Made by a program: the position numbers and the translations under genes. From the NCBI GenBank assembly GCA_021783875.1, contig JAJXTM010000001.1:1-56691 (forward strand): DNA of 56,691 nt, written 5' to 3'. Below the pieces are notes generated by a model. That model was not told the origin of the DNA. It searched no databases and worked only from the letters and a program-made list of their open reading frames with translations. Numbering within the stretch: position 1 is the first letter of the stretch; every line of letters begins with the position of its first letter. Source of the DNA: Bacteroidota bacterium. GTDB lineage: Bacteria > Bacteroidota > Ignavibacteria > Ignavibacteriales > Ignavibacteriaceae. Positions 1-11,500 of this stretch are shown in pieces.

Positions 1-572
1 TCCGATCTCTCTTTTTTGGTAAAAGTCTTTTCTATTTGAACTGCTGTTATCCATTCTCTAATTTTCCTAACCCCTGTTTGAAAAATATTTTCATCTTTAA
101 CTTTAAAGTGATAGAGATTTTTTGCTAGTTGTTGAGTTATAGTGCTTGCACCTTCACGCGAAAAAGTGAAAACGTCTTTAATTATTGCCTTGAAAACTCT
201 TTCTACATCGACGCCCCAATGATTATAGAAGTCCCTGTCTTCTGTTGAAATTAAAGCATTAGCAACATATGGAGGAAGACTGTCAATTTTTGTTTCTATT
301 CGATTTTGTATATAAAATTGTCCGAGCAATTCGCCATCACTAGTAAAGACTTTACTAGCCAGTTGAGGTTTCGGGTTTTCAAGTTGTTCTAATGACGGAA
401 GTCCGCTTGTAACATAAATTCCGAAAACGGATATCAAGACTAAAATTATAAAAATTATAACTACAGTTACTTTTTTATTTAATTTATGAAGACCTGAAGT
501 TTTCTTTTTATTCCGATGTGCGTGATCATTAAAATATTTTTTAAAATCCAAATCTGAATTGTTGTTTGCCAT
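1..572 (-). CDS. Class A penicillin-binding protein (PBP1A type), N-terminal part only: membrane anchor plus GT51 transglycosylase domain. The gene continues past the left edge.
   Basis: Absent from the ORF track because it runs off the window. Manual minus-strand translation from the ATG at 572-570 gives MANNNSDLDFKKYF..., a TM segment VTVVIIFIIILVLISVFGIYV, then GT51 motifs ISTEDRDFYNHWGVD and GASTITQQLAKN. Confidence 0.85.
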   Translation of the reverse strand, partial: MANNNSDLDFKKYFNDHAHRNKKKTSGLHKLNKKVTVVIIFIILVLISVFGIYVTSGLPSLEQLENPKPQLASKVFTSDGELLGQFYIQNRIETKIDSLPPYVANALISTEDRDFYNHWGVDVERVFKAIIKDVFTFSREGASTITQQLAKNLYHFKVKDENIFQTGVRKIREWITAVQIEKTFTKKERS

Positions 573-573
573 A

Positions 574-1299
574 TTAATTCCAGTCAACTATTTCAAACTT
601 ATTATTTTTATATATTCCGTAACATGGAGCATCAAGCCAAGAGCCTAAATTAATATATACACCTTTTTTATAATTTATGAGACACCTCTTATGAAGATGT
701 CCAAAAATTACATAGTCAAAGCCCTCGTCAATTTTTATTTTTGCTGAATCCAACAATCCGTCATCTTCGCCATAATTCTTTTTATTTGTATAATCTCTGC
801 TTGTTTTACTAGTTGCACTTGCGAGAGTTATTCCCAAATCAGGGTGAATCCACGAATATATTTTTTGAATGCCTTTATTTCTTAAGATTTTCTTAAGTAT
901 TTGATAACCAATATCATTTTTAACCATTCCGTCGCCGTGACCAATAAAGAATTTCTTCCCATCTAGGAAAGTGCATATAGGATTTTCATAAATGATTGTC
1001 CCAATTTCTTCTTTAAAAAAATTCAAGTGCATAAAATCATGATTACCAATAAAATAATGAATTTTAATACCAGACTCAGATAAGTCTTGCAATGCGGTCA
1101 AGGTTCTGAAAAAACCTTTTTGATAAACTCTTTTATATTCAAACCAATAATCAAACAAGTCACCTACAATATATAATTCCTTACAATTTTCTTTTGCAAA
1201 ATTTAAAAATTTTACTAATAATCTTTCTTTTAGATTTTCTAAAGATCTAGATTGTAGACCTAAGTGTATGTCGGAAATAAATAGATAAGAATTATTCAC
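574..1299 (-). CDS. lpxH: UDP-2,3-diacylglucosamine diphosphatase (LpxH-type metallophosphoesterase)
   Basis: 241 aa. Calcineurin-like motifs ISDIHLG, VGDLFDYW, GNHD, GHGD and GHLH occur in LpxH order and at LpxH length. Confidence 0.7.
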   Translation of the reverse strand: MNNSYLFISDIHLGLQSRSLENLKERLLVKFLNFAKENCKELYIVGDLFDYWFEYKRVYQKGFFRTLTALQDLSESGIKIHYFIGNHDFMHLNFFKEEIGTIIYENPICTFLDGKKFFIGHGDGMVKNDIGYQILKKILRNKGIQKIYSWIHPDLGITLASATSKTSRDYTNKKNYGEDDGLLDSAKIKIDEGFDYVIFGHLHKRCLINYKKGVYINLGSWLDAPCYGIYKNNKFEIVDWN

Positions 1300-1359
1300 A
1301 AAATTATATCAAATTTGAGAAAATAATGATTGGTTTTTTGAAAGTAAATATAGTAATTT

Positions 1360-3021
1360 TTAATTATTTTCCTTATGATATTCAAATTTGCCTAATATCC
1401 AGTTTCCAGGATCAATTTTAATATCAGAAACTGCCTTATTTAATGTTACTATGAAGCTTTTATCTCTTTTATCTATAAAAAAAGTTTTCAATATTTCAGA
1501 ATTGTCAAAAAATTTAATTTGGACATCAAGTGGAAACTGATAAACATCATAACCTTTTTGAATTTGATTAAAATTAATAAATAATTTTCCCCCCTTAGCT
1601 TTCCAAGAGAATGCAACATTTAATTTCCCAGTTCCGATATAGACCCATTGATCGAAAAATTGATGAAGGTCTTTTCCTGAAACTGTTTCGCAAATTTTTT
1701 CAAAATCTGCTGTAGAAGCATTCTTATACTTAAATACTTCAAAATATTTTCTTAATATTCGGAAAAATGTTGAATCCCCCACATTATGTCGGAGCATATG
1801 CAAAACCCAGGCTCCTTTTTGATATACAGTTTGACTAAATAAATCATTTGGATTGTAAACAGTTCCATTATATGTATTTTGTAATTTACTTAGCATAGTA
1901 GATCTGAGAGCATTAAACCCGCCGATATGCTCATTATAAAGAGCCTCGCAATATGAAGCAAATCCTTCATTTAGCCAAATATCCTTCCAAGTCATTGGTG
2001 TAACTGCATCACCAAACCAATGGTGTGAAAGTTCATGAGAATAAACTTCTGTATATAATTTCTGCCCGCTTATTAAATTAGAACCAACGGCAGTCATAGT
2101 TTGGGTTTCCATTGCACCAAGCTGCCAGAGAAATTCTGTTACCCCATACTTTTCTTTTATAAAGGGATATTCACCGAATGTCTTAGAAAAATAATGAAGC
2201 ATATCCGGGTGATCTTCAAAATCAATCTTAGCCTCTGCCAGCTGTGAAGGAAATACATAGTAATCAATAGCCATTGTATCTTTCAAATCCAATGAAATAT
2301 ACTTTTGTGAAAAGTTTATATAATCTGATGAATACAAACAAATTAAATACGTTGCTATAGGATAAATTGACTTCCAATGGTAAGTTTTCCTTGTACCCTT
2401 GCAAGAAATACCAAGAAGAATGCCATTAGATACCGAAACCTCTGAGGAATCATTGGTAATATTCATTTCGACGATAGCCTTGTCAGATGGAATATCATTG
2501 CATGGGAACCAAGTAGAAGCATAGATAGGTTCGCTCAAATTATAGACACAAGATTGCCCATTAAGTTCACCGAATACAAAAGAAGAAAATCCTTCACGTT
2601 TTGGAGTACCGCTATAAACAATTCTTATAAGGAAGGTATCCGAAGGCATTATTGAGATTGGTATCATTAACCTTGTTTTTTCTACAGAATATTCAACTTG
2701 TTTATCATTTAAAGTAAGAAGAGATATTTTCATATTATCGTAGAAATTTAGATCGATTTGTTTTAATCCTTTATCAAGGATAACTCCTTTAATTAAAACG
2801 TCTCCATCTAGTATTTTTTTTGAAGGATGCAAATCAATATTTAATTTATAATTAATAACATTAATTTTATACTGGTTTGGAGAGATGTAATTATCAGTTA
2901 TATTTTGAAAGGCAAACTTCAAATCATGATTTTTTTTATTAGAAGTCTTTGCCAACCCCCATTCAGAAAGGAATGTGATAAAAAGTAAAATTAAAGATAG
3001 AAATATTATTTTCTTATTCAC
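1360..3021 (-). CDS. Secreted M1-family zinc aminopeptidase
   Basis: N-terminal signal peptide. GAMET exopeptidase motif, HELSHHWFGD (HExxH) and downstream WLNEGFA (third zinc ligand Glu), typical of peptidase M1. Confidence 0.85.
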   Translation of the reverse strand: MNKKIIFLSLILLFITFLSEWGLAKTSNKKNHDLKFAFQNITDNYISPNQYKINVINYKLNIDLHPSKKILDGDVLIKGVILDKGLKQIDLNFYDNMKISLLTLNDKQVEYSVEKTRLMIPISIMPSDTFLIRIVYSGTPKREGFSSFVFGELNGQSCVYNLSEPIYASTWFPCNDIPSDKAIVEMNITNDSSEVSVSNGILLGISCKGTRKTYHWKSIYPIATYLICLYSSDYINFSQKYISLDLKDTMAIDYYVFPSQLAEAKIDFEDHPDMLHYFSKTFGEYPFIKEKYGVTEFLWQLGAMETQTMTAVGSNLISGQKLYTEVYSHELSHHWFGDAVTPMTWKDIWLNEGFASYCEALYNEHIGGFNALRSTMLSKLQNTYNGTVYNPNDLFSQTVYQKGAWVLHMLRHNVGDSTFFRILRKYFEVFKYKNASTADFEKICETVSGKDLHQFFDQWVYIGTGKLNVAFSWKAKGGKLFINFNQIQKGYDVYQFPLDVQIKFFDNSEILKTFFIDKRDKSFIVTLNKAVSDIKIDPGNWILGKFEYHKENN

Positions 3022-3182
3022 AAAAATTTATTTAAATTTTTCAATATAAAATTTGAATTGCTATTGCAATTTTTATAAATTAGTTTAACTTTCATATTAA
3101 GAAACAAAGCAAAATTACTAAATAGTAGGCATGTCAATCAAACCATTTTAAAAATAAATTAAGGTAAAAATTTGGAGGTATT

Positions 3183-4424
3183 ATGACTTTCCCCGGTTCT
3201 TCAATTTTAAGAGATACAATAACCATGCTGCTTGCGGGCGGGCAAGGTGAGAGATTAAATCCTCTTACGTTATACCGGAGTAAACCTTCTGTACCTTTTG
3301 GCGGGAAATATCGAATAATTGATTTTGCATTATCAAATTGCCTTAACTCCGGATTAAGAAGGATATATATCCTAACACAATATAAGTCAGATTCTTTAAA
3401 TCAGCATATTTTTGAAGCCTGGAGTATTTTTAATCCCGAACTCGGAGAATATATTTATTCAATACCGCCCCAAAGGAAATTAAATAATGAATGGTATATG
3501 GGAACTGCAAATGCTATTTATCAAAACCTAAATCTATTTTCTTCTGAAAAGAAAGCAAAATGGGTTCTGATATTAAGCGGTGATCATATATATAAAATGG
3601 ATTATCTAAAAATGCTTCAATATCATGTTGACATCAATGCTGATCTTTCAATGGCTTGCATTGAGGTACCAAAAGATGATGCTTCAAGATTTGGGATTGT
3701 TAATGTTGATAATTCTTTTGCAGTAAAATCTTTTATTGAAAAACCAAAAGAACCTCCCGAAATACCAAATAAACCCGGGTATTGCTTTGTCAACATGGCT
3801 ATCTATGTATTTAATGCTGCAATTCTTAAAGAAGTATTGTCTGAAATGGAATCTAATAAATTAAAAGGTCACGATTTTGGTAAGGATGTAATTCCATATA
3901 TGATCAAATCCGGTAGAAAAGTTTTTGCATACAATTTTGAAGATATGAATAATAAATCTAAACCATATTGGAAAGATATTGGAACTATAGACAGTTATTA
4001 TGAAGCTAGCATGGACTTAATTAGCGTAACTCCGGAATTTAATTTTTATGATAATGATTGGCCGATGCGAACATATCAATATCAAGCTCCCCCCGCAAAA
4101 ACGGTTTCACATGAAGGTGAGCGGGTAGGACGCACATTAAATTCTATGATTTGCGATGGCACAATAGTTTCCGGCGGTTTGGTAGAACGATCGCTTCTTG
4201 GCACTAATGTGAGAGTTAATAGCTTTAGTTATGTTACAGACTCTATTATAATGAATAATTGTAATATAGGCCGACATGCAAGAATTAGAAGAACTATCAT
4301 TGATAAAAACGTTCACATCCCGGAAAATTATGAAATAGGCTTTGACATTGAATCCGATAAAAAGAAATTTCATGTGACAGACAGCGGAATAGTAGTCATA
4401 GGAAAAAATCAAATATTGACTTAA
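3183..4424 (+). CDS. glgC: Glucose-1-phosphate adenylyltransferase
   Basis: LAGGQGERLNPLT nucleotide-binding loop, GTANAIYQN, SGDHIYKMDY, FIEKPK, and a C-terminal left-handed beta-helix region. GGAGG lies 8 nt upstream of the ATG. Confidence 0.9.
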   Translation: MTFPGSSILRDTITMLLAGGQGERLNPLTLYRSKPSVPFGGKYRIIDFALSNCLNSGLRRIYILTQYKSDSLNQHIFEAWSIFNPELGEYIYSIPPQRKLNNEWYMGTANAIYQNLNLFSSEKKAKWVLILSGDHIYKMDYLKMLQYHVDINADLSMACIEVPKDDASRFGIVNVDNSFAVKSFIEKPKEPPEIPNKPGYCFVNMAIYVFNAAILKEVLSEMESNKLKGHDFGKDVIPYMIKSGRKVFAYNFEDMNNKSKPYWKDIGTIDSYYEASMDLISVTPEFNFYDNDWPMRTYQYQAPPAKTVSHEGERVGRTLNSMICDGTIVSGGLVERSLLGTNVRVNSFSYVTDSIIMNNCNIGRHARIRRTIIDKNVHIPENYEIGFDIESDKKKFHVTDSGIVVIGKNQILT

Positions 4425-4526
4425 ATCGTGCCCTTGATTTAGCAGCTATTCAATAAACGAGTCTGTAGCAAATCTTTTAATATAAAAAATTCCAAACAAT
4501 ATATTTATTAACTGTTTACTAATAGA

Positions 4527-6344
4527 TTGATGAATCCTAATTTAAAAGCTAAACTGGAAAACTTACCGGATAATCCTGGAGTATATCAATTCTTAAACGA
4601 CAAGGGGAAAGTTATATATGTCGGGAAAGCAATTAATTTAAAAAATCGAGTAAGAAGTTATTTCCATTCTTCAGTTAATTCTGCTAAAACTTTAGCCCTA
4701 ATTAATAAAATTTCAGATTATCAACTTATATTGACAGATAACGAGATTGAAGCTCTTGTTCTTGAAAATAATTTAATTAAAGAATTAAAACCAAGATATA
4801 ACGTTAATTTAAAAGATGATAAATCTTACCCATTCATAAAGGTCACAAATGAACCTTATCCACGAATTTATCATACTAGAAGGGTTATAAAAGATGGTTC
4901 AAAGTATTTTGGCCCATATACAGATGTCAAAAATATGAAATCTTCATTGCGAATGATAAATCAAATTTTTAAAATTCGCAGCTGCAGATTAGATATAACA
5001 CAGATTAATATTGAAAAAAAGAGATTCAAAGTCTGTCTAGATTACCATATTAAAAAATGTGACGGACCCTGTGAAGGTTTAATTAGTCAAAAAGATTATA
5101 ATGAGATGGTTTCGGAAGTAGTAAAATTATTAAAAGGTAAGATAGATGACTTAATAACTGATCTTAACTTTAAGATGAAAAATGCAGTAGCTGAGTTGAA
5201 TTTTGAAAGAGCTGCTGATCTACGAGACAAAATAGCTCATCTTCAATCTATTTCTTCAAAACAAAAAATAGTTAGCGATGATATATTTGACCGCGATGTA
5301 ATAGCCATTGCTTTTGAGAAAAAGGATTGTGCATGCTCTGTATTTAATATTCGGGGAGGAAAGTTGGTGTCTAAAAAACAGCTCCGCATGGTTTCGGAGG
5401 AAGGTGCAGATTTAAGCGATCTTTATTCGGCAGCAATAAGATTTTATTATACTGAGTTTACGGAAATACCTGATGAAATTATTTTAGAGATAAAACCAGT
5501 TGATGCAATTCTTGTAAATGATTGGCTAAATTTAATGGGGAATAAGAAAATAAGGTTTATTATTCCACAAAAGGGCAGTACATTTTCATTAATGAAAATG
5601 TGCACTGAAAATGCCAGGTTACAATTAAAAGAAATACAATTGCAAAAAATGAAAAAAGAAGGTTATCTCCCACATTCTATTGCATCCCTTCAAAGAGATC
5701 TAAGATTGAATATATTACCACGAAAAATCGAATGTTTTGATATATCGAATTTACAAGGGACTGATAGCGTTGCAAGCTTAGTAGTTTTTTACGACGGAAA
5801 ACCGAAAAAAAGTTTGTATAGAAAGTTTATCATTAAAGATGTTGAAGGTCCAGATGATTTTTCAAGCATGCAGGAAGTAATACGGAGGAGATATTCACGA
5901 TTAATTAATGACAAGGAAAATTTACCTGACCTTATAATGGTTGACGGAGGGAAAGGACAACTTTCTAGTGCAGTAAAAATATTAGAAGACCTAGGCATTC
6001 ATAAATATAACGTTATTGGACTTGCTAAAAGGTTAGAGGAAGTTTTTTTACCCCGCCAATCTGAACCGGTTTCAATTCCAAAGACCTCATCCGGAATTAA
6101 GCTGCTTCAACAGATTAGAGATGAAGCGCATAGATTTGCGGTCACATTTCATAGGAAGAGACGAAGCAAAAGAACGATTACATCAGAATTAACGGAAATT
6201 AAAGGGATTGGGAAATTAACTGCGCAAAAATTATTAGGTATATTTGGAAGTGTAAATGAAATAAGAAAATCTTCAACAACTTCGTTATCGGAAGTAATCG
6301 GAATTCAGAAAGCTAAAATAATTAAGGATCATTTCTCAGAATAA
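4527..6344 (+). CDS. uvrC: Excinuclease ABC subunit C
   Basis: GIY-YIG N-terminus (PGVYQF..GKVIYVGKA..LKNRV), UVR motif (FERAADLRDKIAHL), and C-terminal endonuclease plus HhH region. 605 aa. The start is TTG 4527 or ATG 4530. Confidence 0.95.
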   Translation: MMNPNLKAKLENLPDNPGVYQFLNDKGKVIYVGKAINLKNRVRSYFHSSVNSAKTLALINKISDYQLILTDNEIEALVLENNLIKELKPRYNVNLKDDKSYPFIKVTNEPYPRIYHTRRVIKDGSKYFGPYTDVKNMKSSLRMINQIFKIRSCRLDITQINIEKKRFKVCLDYHIKKCDGPCEGLISQKDYNEMVSEVVKLLKGKIDDLITDLNFKMKNAVAELNFERAADLRDKIAHLQSISSKQKIVSDDIFDRDVIAIAFEKKDCACSVFNIRGGKLVSKKQLRMVSEEGADLSDLYSAAIRFYYTEFTEIPDEIILEIKPVDAILVNDWLNLMGNKKIRFIIPQKGSTFSLMKMCTENARLQLKEIQLQKMKKEGYLPHSIASLQRDLRLNILPRKIECFDISNLQGTDSVASLVVFYDGKPKKSLYRKFIIKDVEGPDDFSSMQEVIRRRYSRLINDKENLPDLIMVDGGKGQLSSAVKILEDLGIHKYNVIGLAKRLEEVFLPRQSEPVSIPKTSSGIKLLQQIRDEAHRFAVTFHRKRRSKRTITSELTEIKGIGKLTAQKLLGIFGSVNEIRKSSTTSLSEVIGIQKAKIIKDHFSE

Positions 6345-6380
6345 TTAACTAAATTTATATTTGTCTTATTAAATAAAATT

Positions 6381-7562
6381 ATGAATAAATTTATTGCAAT
6401 AATTATTTTGAGTATTTTCCTTCTGCCAAGTTGCTTCAATCAACACAAAAAGACGTATCAGTCAAATTTGACAGGAGATTTATTAAAAGAGCTTACTCTG
6501 AAAGCTATGACTGGAGATAAAAATGCTAACTCAACTTTAAAAGGTTTATTTGATTTATCTCTGCCGTTAAATAATGGATTTAATTCATTCTTAATTGACA
6601 GCATTTTCTCCATGAACAGGCATAAATATTACTATCTTTTAATAAGCTTTCCAAATCCTATTTATAACCGGTTTGCTGTTTATGACTCGACTTTTAATTT
6701 ATATTTAATTGACAAGTCTTTGAATGGCTACTTAAATTCTGATTTAATAAATGAACAAAACCAAACATTCCTTTCGGTCAAAGAAAATTTTAGGTCAAAA
6801 GAAGATTTTAAATTGGATCGGATAAATTATTTTATGTTTACAGATTCTTCTGTTTCGCTTGCTTTCAGTACTTTTATTAAGGCAATTACACCAAAGAATA
6901 TTTACACTCAATCCATCAATAAATTTTCAAATGATAGAATTATAACAACTATATCGAGCAATAAATATTCTTCAATTAACGGCAATAGTGACGTTTTTTT
7001 ATTTAATTATAAAAATAATAAATTCATTAGTATTAATAATGTTTTTACAAACTTTATTGAAAATCAAATTCGTGCATTTAATCAAGATCCTTTAACGACT
7101 GAAATAACTGATTACAATTCAGCTCTTAAATCTGTTGGTATAGACCCGGGATTTGATACAGTAAAATCAACTTCTAACCTAACTAATATGGAAGGTTATT
7201 CTATTACATTACCTGATAAATGGAAGACATTGAAGAATATTGAAATAACGGATTTTTTAAAACATGATCTAAAAGGCAGCAGATATATTAGCGAGTATTT
7301 AGGCACAACTATTTCTATAGCCAAGATTCCTAATAGTGACTCTGCAGAAATGTATATTAGTTATAATCTTAATAATGAAACATCCGGCAAATACAGAGTA
7401 AGATATTCAGATAAAATTGAATTGAAAAAAGACTTTGTTCAATTTTTTGAATATTCTTACGGACAAAAAAAATATATTCTTATTCTTCAGGCTTCAAAAT
7501 ATACATATTTGCAATATAAGAATATTTATCAAAGTATAATAAATTCAATAACTATAGATTGA
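6381..7562 (+). CDS. Hypothetical lipoprotein
   Basis: Signal peptide with lipobox (IFLLPSC). I recognised no catalytic motifs. N/S/I-rich, 393 aa. Confidence 0.5.
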   Translation: MNKFIAIIILSIFLLPSCFNQHKKTYQSNLTGDLLKELTLKAMTGDKNANSTLKGLFDLSLPLNNGFNSFLIDSIFSMNRHKYYYLLISFPNPIYNRFAVYDSTFNLYLIDKSLNGYLNSDLINEQNQTFLSVKENFRSKEDFKLDRINYFMFTDSSVSLAFSTFIKAITPKNIYTQSINKFSNDRIITTISSNKYSSINGNSDVFLFNYKNNKFISINNVFTNFIENQIRAFNQDPLTTEITDYNSALKSVGIDPGFDTVKSTSNLTNMEGYSITLPDKWKTLKNIEITDFLKHDLKGSRYISEYLGTTISIAKIPNSDSAEMYISYNLNNETSGKYRVRYSDKIELKKDFVQFFEYSYGQKKYILILQASKYTYLQYKNIYQSIINSITID

Positions 7563-7862
7563 GTGCCAATGTATAAATTACTTTTTTTCTTAAAAAAGAC
7601 AAATCATGAACAAATTCAAAACCATTTTATTGAGTATACTATTAAATATATATCAGCTGTTGTTCATCAAGATATAAAAATAGGAAAAGTTGAAAGCAGC
7701 CTATTGCTGGACAGCAATTATAGTTTATTTTGTGAAGCAAAAGTCGAATCTAAGGATACTTGGGATTCACTTATGAATACAGTTGAAGGAAAAGAACTCA
7801 ACAAAGACTTAATGGAATTTCACAACAGTATCTCAGTAGTTTTCATTGATTATAATTTTTAA
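7563..7862 (+). CDS. Small hypothetical protein, possibly an EthD-like alpha+beta barrel
   Basis: 99-aa ORF abutting the previous stop. The more likely start is ATG 7569 (MYKLLFFLKK...). The fold assignment is only a weak resemblance. Confidence 0.35.
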   Translation: MPMYKLLFFLKKTNHEQIQNHFIEYTIKYISAVVHQDIKIGKVESSLLLDSNYSLFCEAKVESKDTWDSLMNTVEGKELNKDLMEFHNSISVVFIDYNF

Positions 7863-7891
7863 TTTCTCCCAATAATAACAAAGAAAAAAGC

Positions 7892-8374
7892 ATGAACATC
7901 TATTTTATTAGACATGGTGAAGCAGAGAAAATTTCGATTAATAAAAAAGATTTTGACAGAGAACTTACAAGCAATGGAAAAATAAGGCTAAAGAATGCTA
8001 TCTTCGCCTGGAGAAATTATATTGATCCATTTGATTATTTAATTTCATCGCCATTATTAAGAGCCAAGCAAACAGCTAACCTTATAGCAGAGCATTTTGA
8101 AATCAAGAATGATCTCATAATCGACAAGAAATTAACCTCTGGAGGTGATACTGAAGATATAATAGGAATAGCTAACTCTCTTGATGCTGAAAACATAGCA
8201 TTCGTAGGTCACCAACCTGATTTTTCTGAACATATTTCAAAACTGATTTCTGCAAGTTTTGCAAATATTGAGTTCAAGAAAGCAGCGATCGCAAAGGTTT
8301 TCTTCCACAACAAGGTGCAACTATCTCAAGGTGTGCTTGAATTTTTAATTCCTGCCGGCATATTTAATAAATAA
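7892..8374 (+). CDS. sixA: Phosphohistidine phosphatase SixA (histidine phosphatase superfamily)
   Basis: 160 aa. N-terminal IYFIRHGEAE (RHG catalytic motif) and a later VGHQP motif. Size is typical of SixA. Confidence 0.75.
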   Translation: MNIYFIRHGEAEKISINKKDFDRELTSNGKIRLKNAIFAWRNYIDPFDYLISSPLLRAKQTANLIAEHFEIKNDLIIDKKLTSGGDTEDIIGIANSLDAENIAFVGHQPDFSEHISKLISASFANIEFKKAAIAKVFFHNKVQLSQGVLEFLIPAGIFNK

Positions 8375-8461
8375 AAAGGCAACTAGCTACACAAACTCTG
8401 TGCTTACCGCTGCTTCCTTCCGGACCTGACGGGGTTAGGCCTTTGCCTGTTAGCTAGCGCC
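8373..8461 (-). ncRNA. ffs: Small (4.5S-type) signal recognition particle RNA
   Basis: The minus strand reads GGCGCUAGCUAAC...CCCGUCAGGUCCGGAAGGAAGCAGCGGUAAGC...GUGUAGCUAGUUGCCUUUUU. It contains the near-invariant domain IV core GUCAGGUCCGGAAGGAAGCAGC. The 5' and 3' ends pair into a long closing helix followed by a U run. Confidence 0.85.
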
Positions 8462-8554
8462 AAAAACATATTCCCAACATAACTATACAAAAATCAGACA
8501 AAATAACTAAAAGAACAAGGAATAAATTATTATGTTTATGATAATTTATAAAAT

Positions 8555-11500
8555 TTAGATTTCAGTAAAATTGGATTGAAGATTAATGTATTTATTTTTA
8601 ATCAATTTTAATTCATTAATTACAGCATCGATGTTGGAAATAAGACTTTCTGACATATTTTTTACAGAATCATCAAACTCATTATTTTTTGCTTTTGTTT
8701 CCAAATTCTGACATATCTCAGAGACAAAATCAATACCAAGAGTTACGCTGCTTCCTTTTAACTTGTGAGAAAAAAATTGTAGATTCTTAAAATCTTTTTC
8801 GGTTACAGAGGTTTTAATTTTTTCAATAGTCACAGGCAAATCATTTAAATAAATATCTAATAACTCTATTAGAAATCCAAGATCAGCCTCAGTCTGAATA
8901 TCAGCAAGAAAAGAAATATTTTCCTCGTTAACAAACTTTGTTTTTGCCTTTACTTTTTTAACTTTAGAAATTAAATCACCTCTTTGCTCAGATATAATTT
9001 TACTCCACTTCGTTAAAGATTCTTGTAGTTCATCAATTCTAATGGGCTTACTCACATAATCATCCATTCCGGCTGCTAAACATTCTTCCTTATCACCCTG
9101 CATTGCATTTGCTGTCATAGCAATTATCTTTGGACGTTTATCTGCGTCAAGTTCACTAATAATAGTCTTTGTTGCCGCATAGCCATCCATCTCGGGCATA
9201 AGAATATCCATCAATACAATATCATAATGGATATGCTTAACAGCATTAACTGCTTCATAACCATTAGCTGCAATATCTGCGCGGTAGCCCATCTTATCTA
9301 AAATTCTTAAAGCTACTTTTTGATTAACAGCATTATCCTCAGCTAATAATATTCTTAAAGGAAAACGCTCCCCTAAATTAGGATCTATTTTAGAATCAGT
9401 TGACTGTTTTTCTTTCTTTATACCTTGAGCACCCGATAAGACGGAAATAAGAGTATCATATAGTTGTGTTTGTTTAATCGGTTTGCTTATAAATCCCGAT
9501 AAATTTAAATGAGCTATTGTTTCCGGGTTTTCTTTCTTGCCAATTGAAGTTAATATTATAATAGGCAACTCTTTGCCTGAAGAATATTTCCTAATTTCCT
9601 GAGCTAATGTCAGTCCATCAATTTGCGGCATTTGATAATCTAGAATGGCTATGTCGAAAATTTCATTATTAATTATCCAATCTAAAGCTATTTTAGGATT
9701 ATCAGCAACTTTTGTAAACATACCCCAATTATCTGCTTGGGTCTTTAAAATAACTCTGTTTGTTTTATTATCATCAACAATTAATAATTTTTTACCTGCA
9801 AGTTTAGGAATATGGCCATACAAATATATTTTTGAATTTGAAGAGACTAGTTCACCTTTAATTGTAAAATAAAAAGTCGAACCTTTGCCATATTCGCTCT
9901 CAACCCACATCTTTCCACCCATTAGTTCTGCTAATCGCTTGCTAATTGCCAAGCCTAATCCAGTGCCTCCATGAGTTCTTGTTGTTGAAGCATCAACCTG
10001 GCTGAAAGATTTGAATAATCGGTCCATCTTATCTGCTGGTATTCCCATACCTGTATCCTTGACACCAAAAGTGATCTCATATAATTCATTTTCAATTTTG
10101 TTAGCAGATGCAGAAACAAATATTTCTCCTTCTTCAGTAAATTTTATAGCATTATTTAGTAAATTAGTCAAAATTTGACGCAGGCGTGTAACATCACCTT
10201 TAATAGTAATTGGTGTATTGCCATCAACTTGATATGCAAGATCAATACCTTTTTCTCCGGCTCTTGAGGCAAGTAGATCTAATGAATCTTCTATGCATTC
10301 TCGCAAATCCAAAGGCTGCATTTCAAGTTCTAATTTGTCTGATTCGATCTTAGAAAAATCTAGTATATCATTTATAATTACTAAAAGCTGATCTCCGCTT
10401 AGTCTAATCGTATCAACATATTCTTTTTGTTCATCATCTAAATTTGTATCTAGTAATAAGCCGGTCATTCCAATAACACCGTTCATAGGTGTGCGAATCT
10501 CATGACTCATTAATGCGAGGAATTCACTTTTAGCTTTAACCCCTGCTTCTGCTCTTATAACAGCTTGATCTAGTTCTTGATTCTTTTTAATTATTTCTTC
10601 TTGAATTATATTTCTTTTAATAACAGCACCTAACATAGAAGACATTGTAACTAATAATGATTCCTCATTTGAAGTCCAAATTCTATCAGTCTTACACTCG
10701 TCAAAACCAACAAATCCCCAATATTTTTCGTCAATAATTATTGGTACTAAAATTATTGATTTAATATTGCTATCTATAAATACGTTTTTACTATCTAAAG
10801 GTAGATTTTTAATAGTAAAGCTTAGAGATTTGCCTTTTGAAAAGTTGTCATAGAATTTTAATGACTCAAATCTAGAGTAAGAAAGCCTTTGAAAAGCAGG
10901 ATCATTTAACTGGGATTCTGTCTCTTCAGATGCCCATTCATATAACAAACTAACATACATTTCCTCGGTATCTTCATTGATTTTATGTTTAAAAATATAA
11001 ACTCTATCTACTTGCACTGCAAGTCCTAATATTTTTAAAGCAGCAGAAAATCCCAAAGATGGGTCATTTATAGAGATAAGCGTTTTAGTCGCTTCCGCAA
11101 TACCTTGCAACAATGAATCTTTTTTCCTTAGTAGAACTTCATTATTTTTTCTATCAGAGATATCTCTAAAAATACTAAGTAACAATTTTTTGCTTGTAAT
11201 TCCTTCAATAAAAGAATGCGAAATATCAAAATATGCTCTAGCTCCATTCCATAATATAGGGCTTTTTTCAAAATTTAATTGAAAAGCGTTGTTTTTAAAT
11301 TTGAATAAATATTTTTTTAATTCATTTTCCTGGTTTTCAGGAAAATATGTTTTTGAGAATAATTCTCCTTCAATGTCCGATTTTGGTTTGCCAATCATTT
11401 TAGCATATGCCTGATTACACATAAATACAATGCCTTTTTCATCAGCCAAACGCAATCCATCACTTGCTTTTTCCCAAACGCTTCTAAAAATATTTTCGGA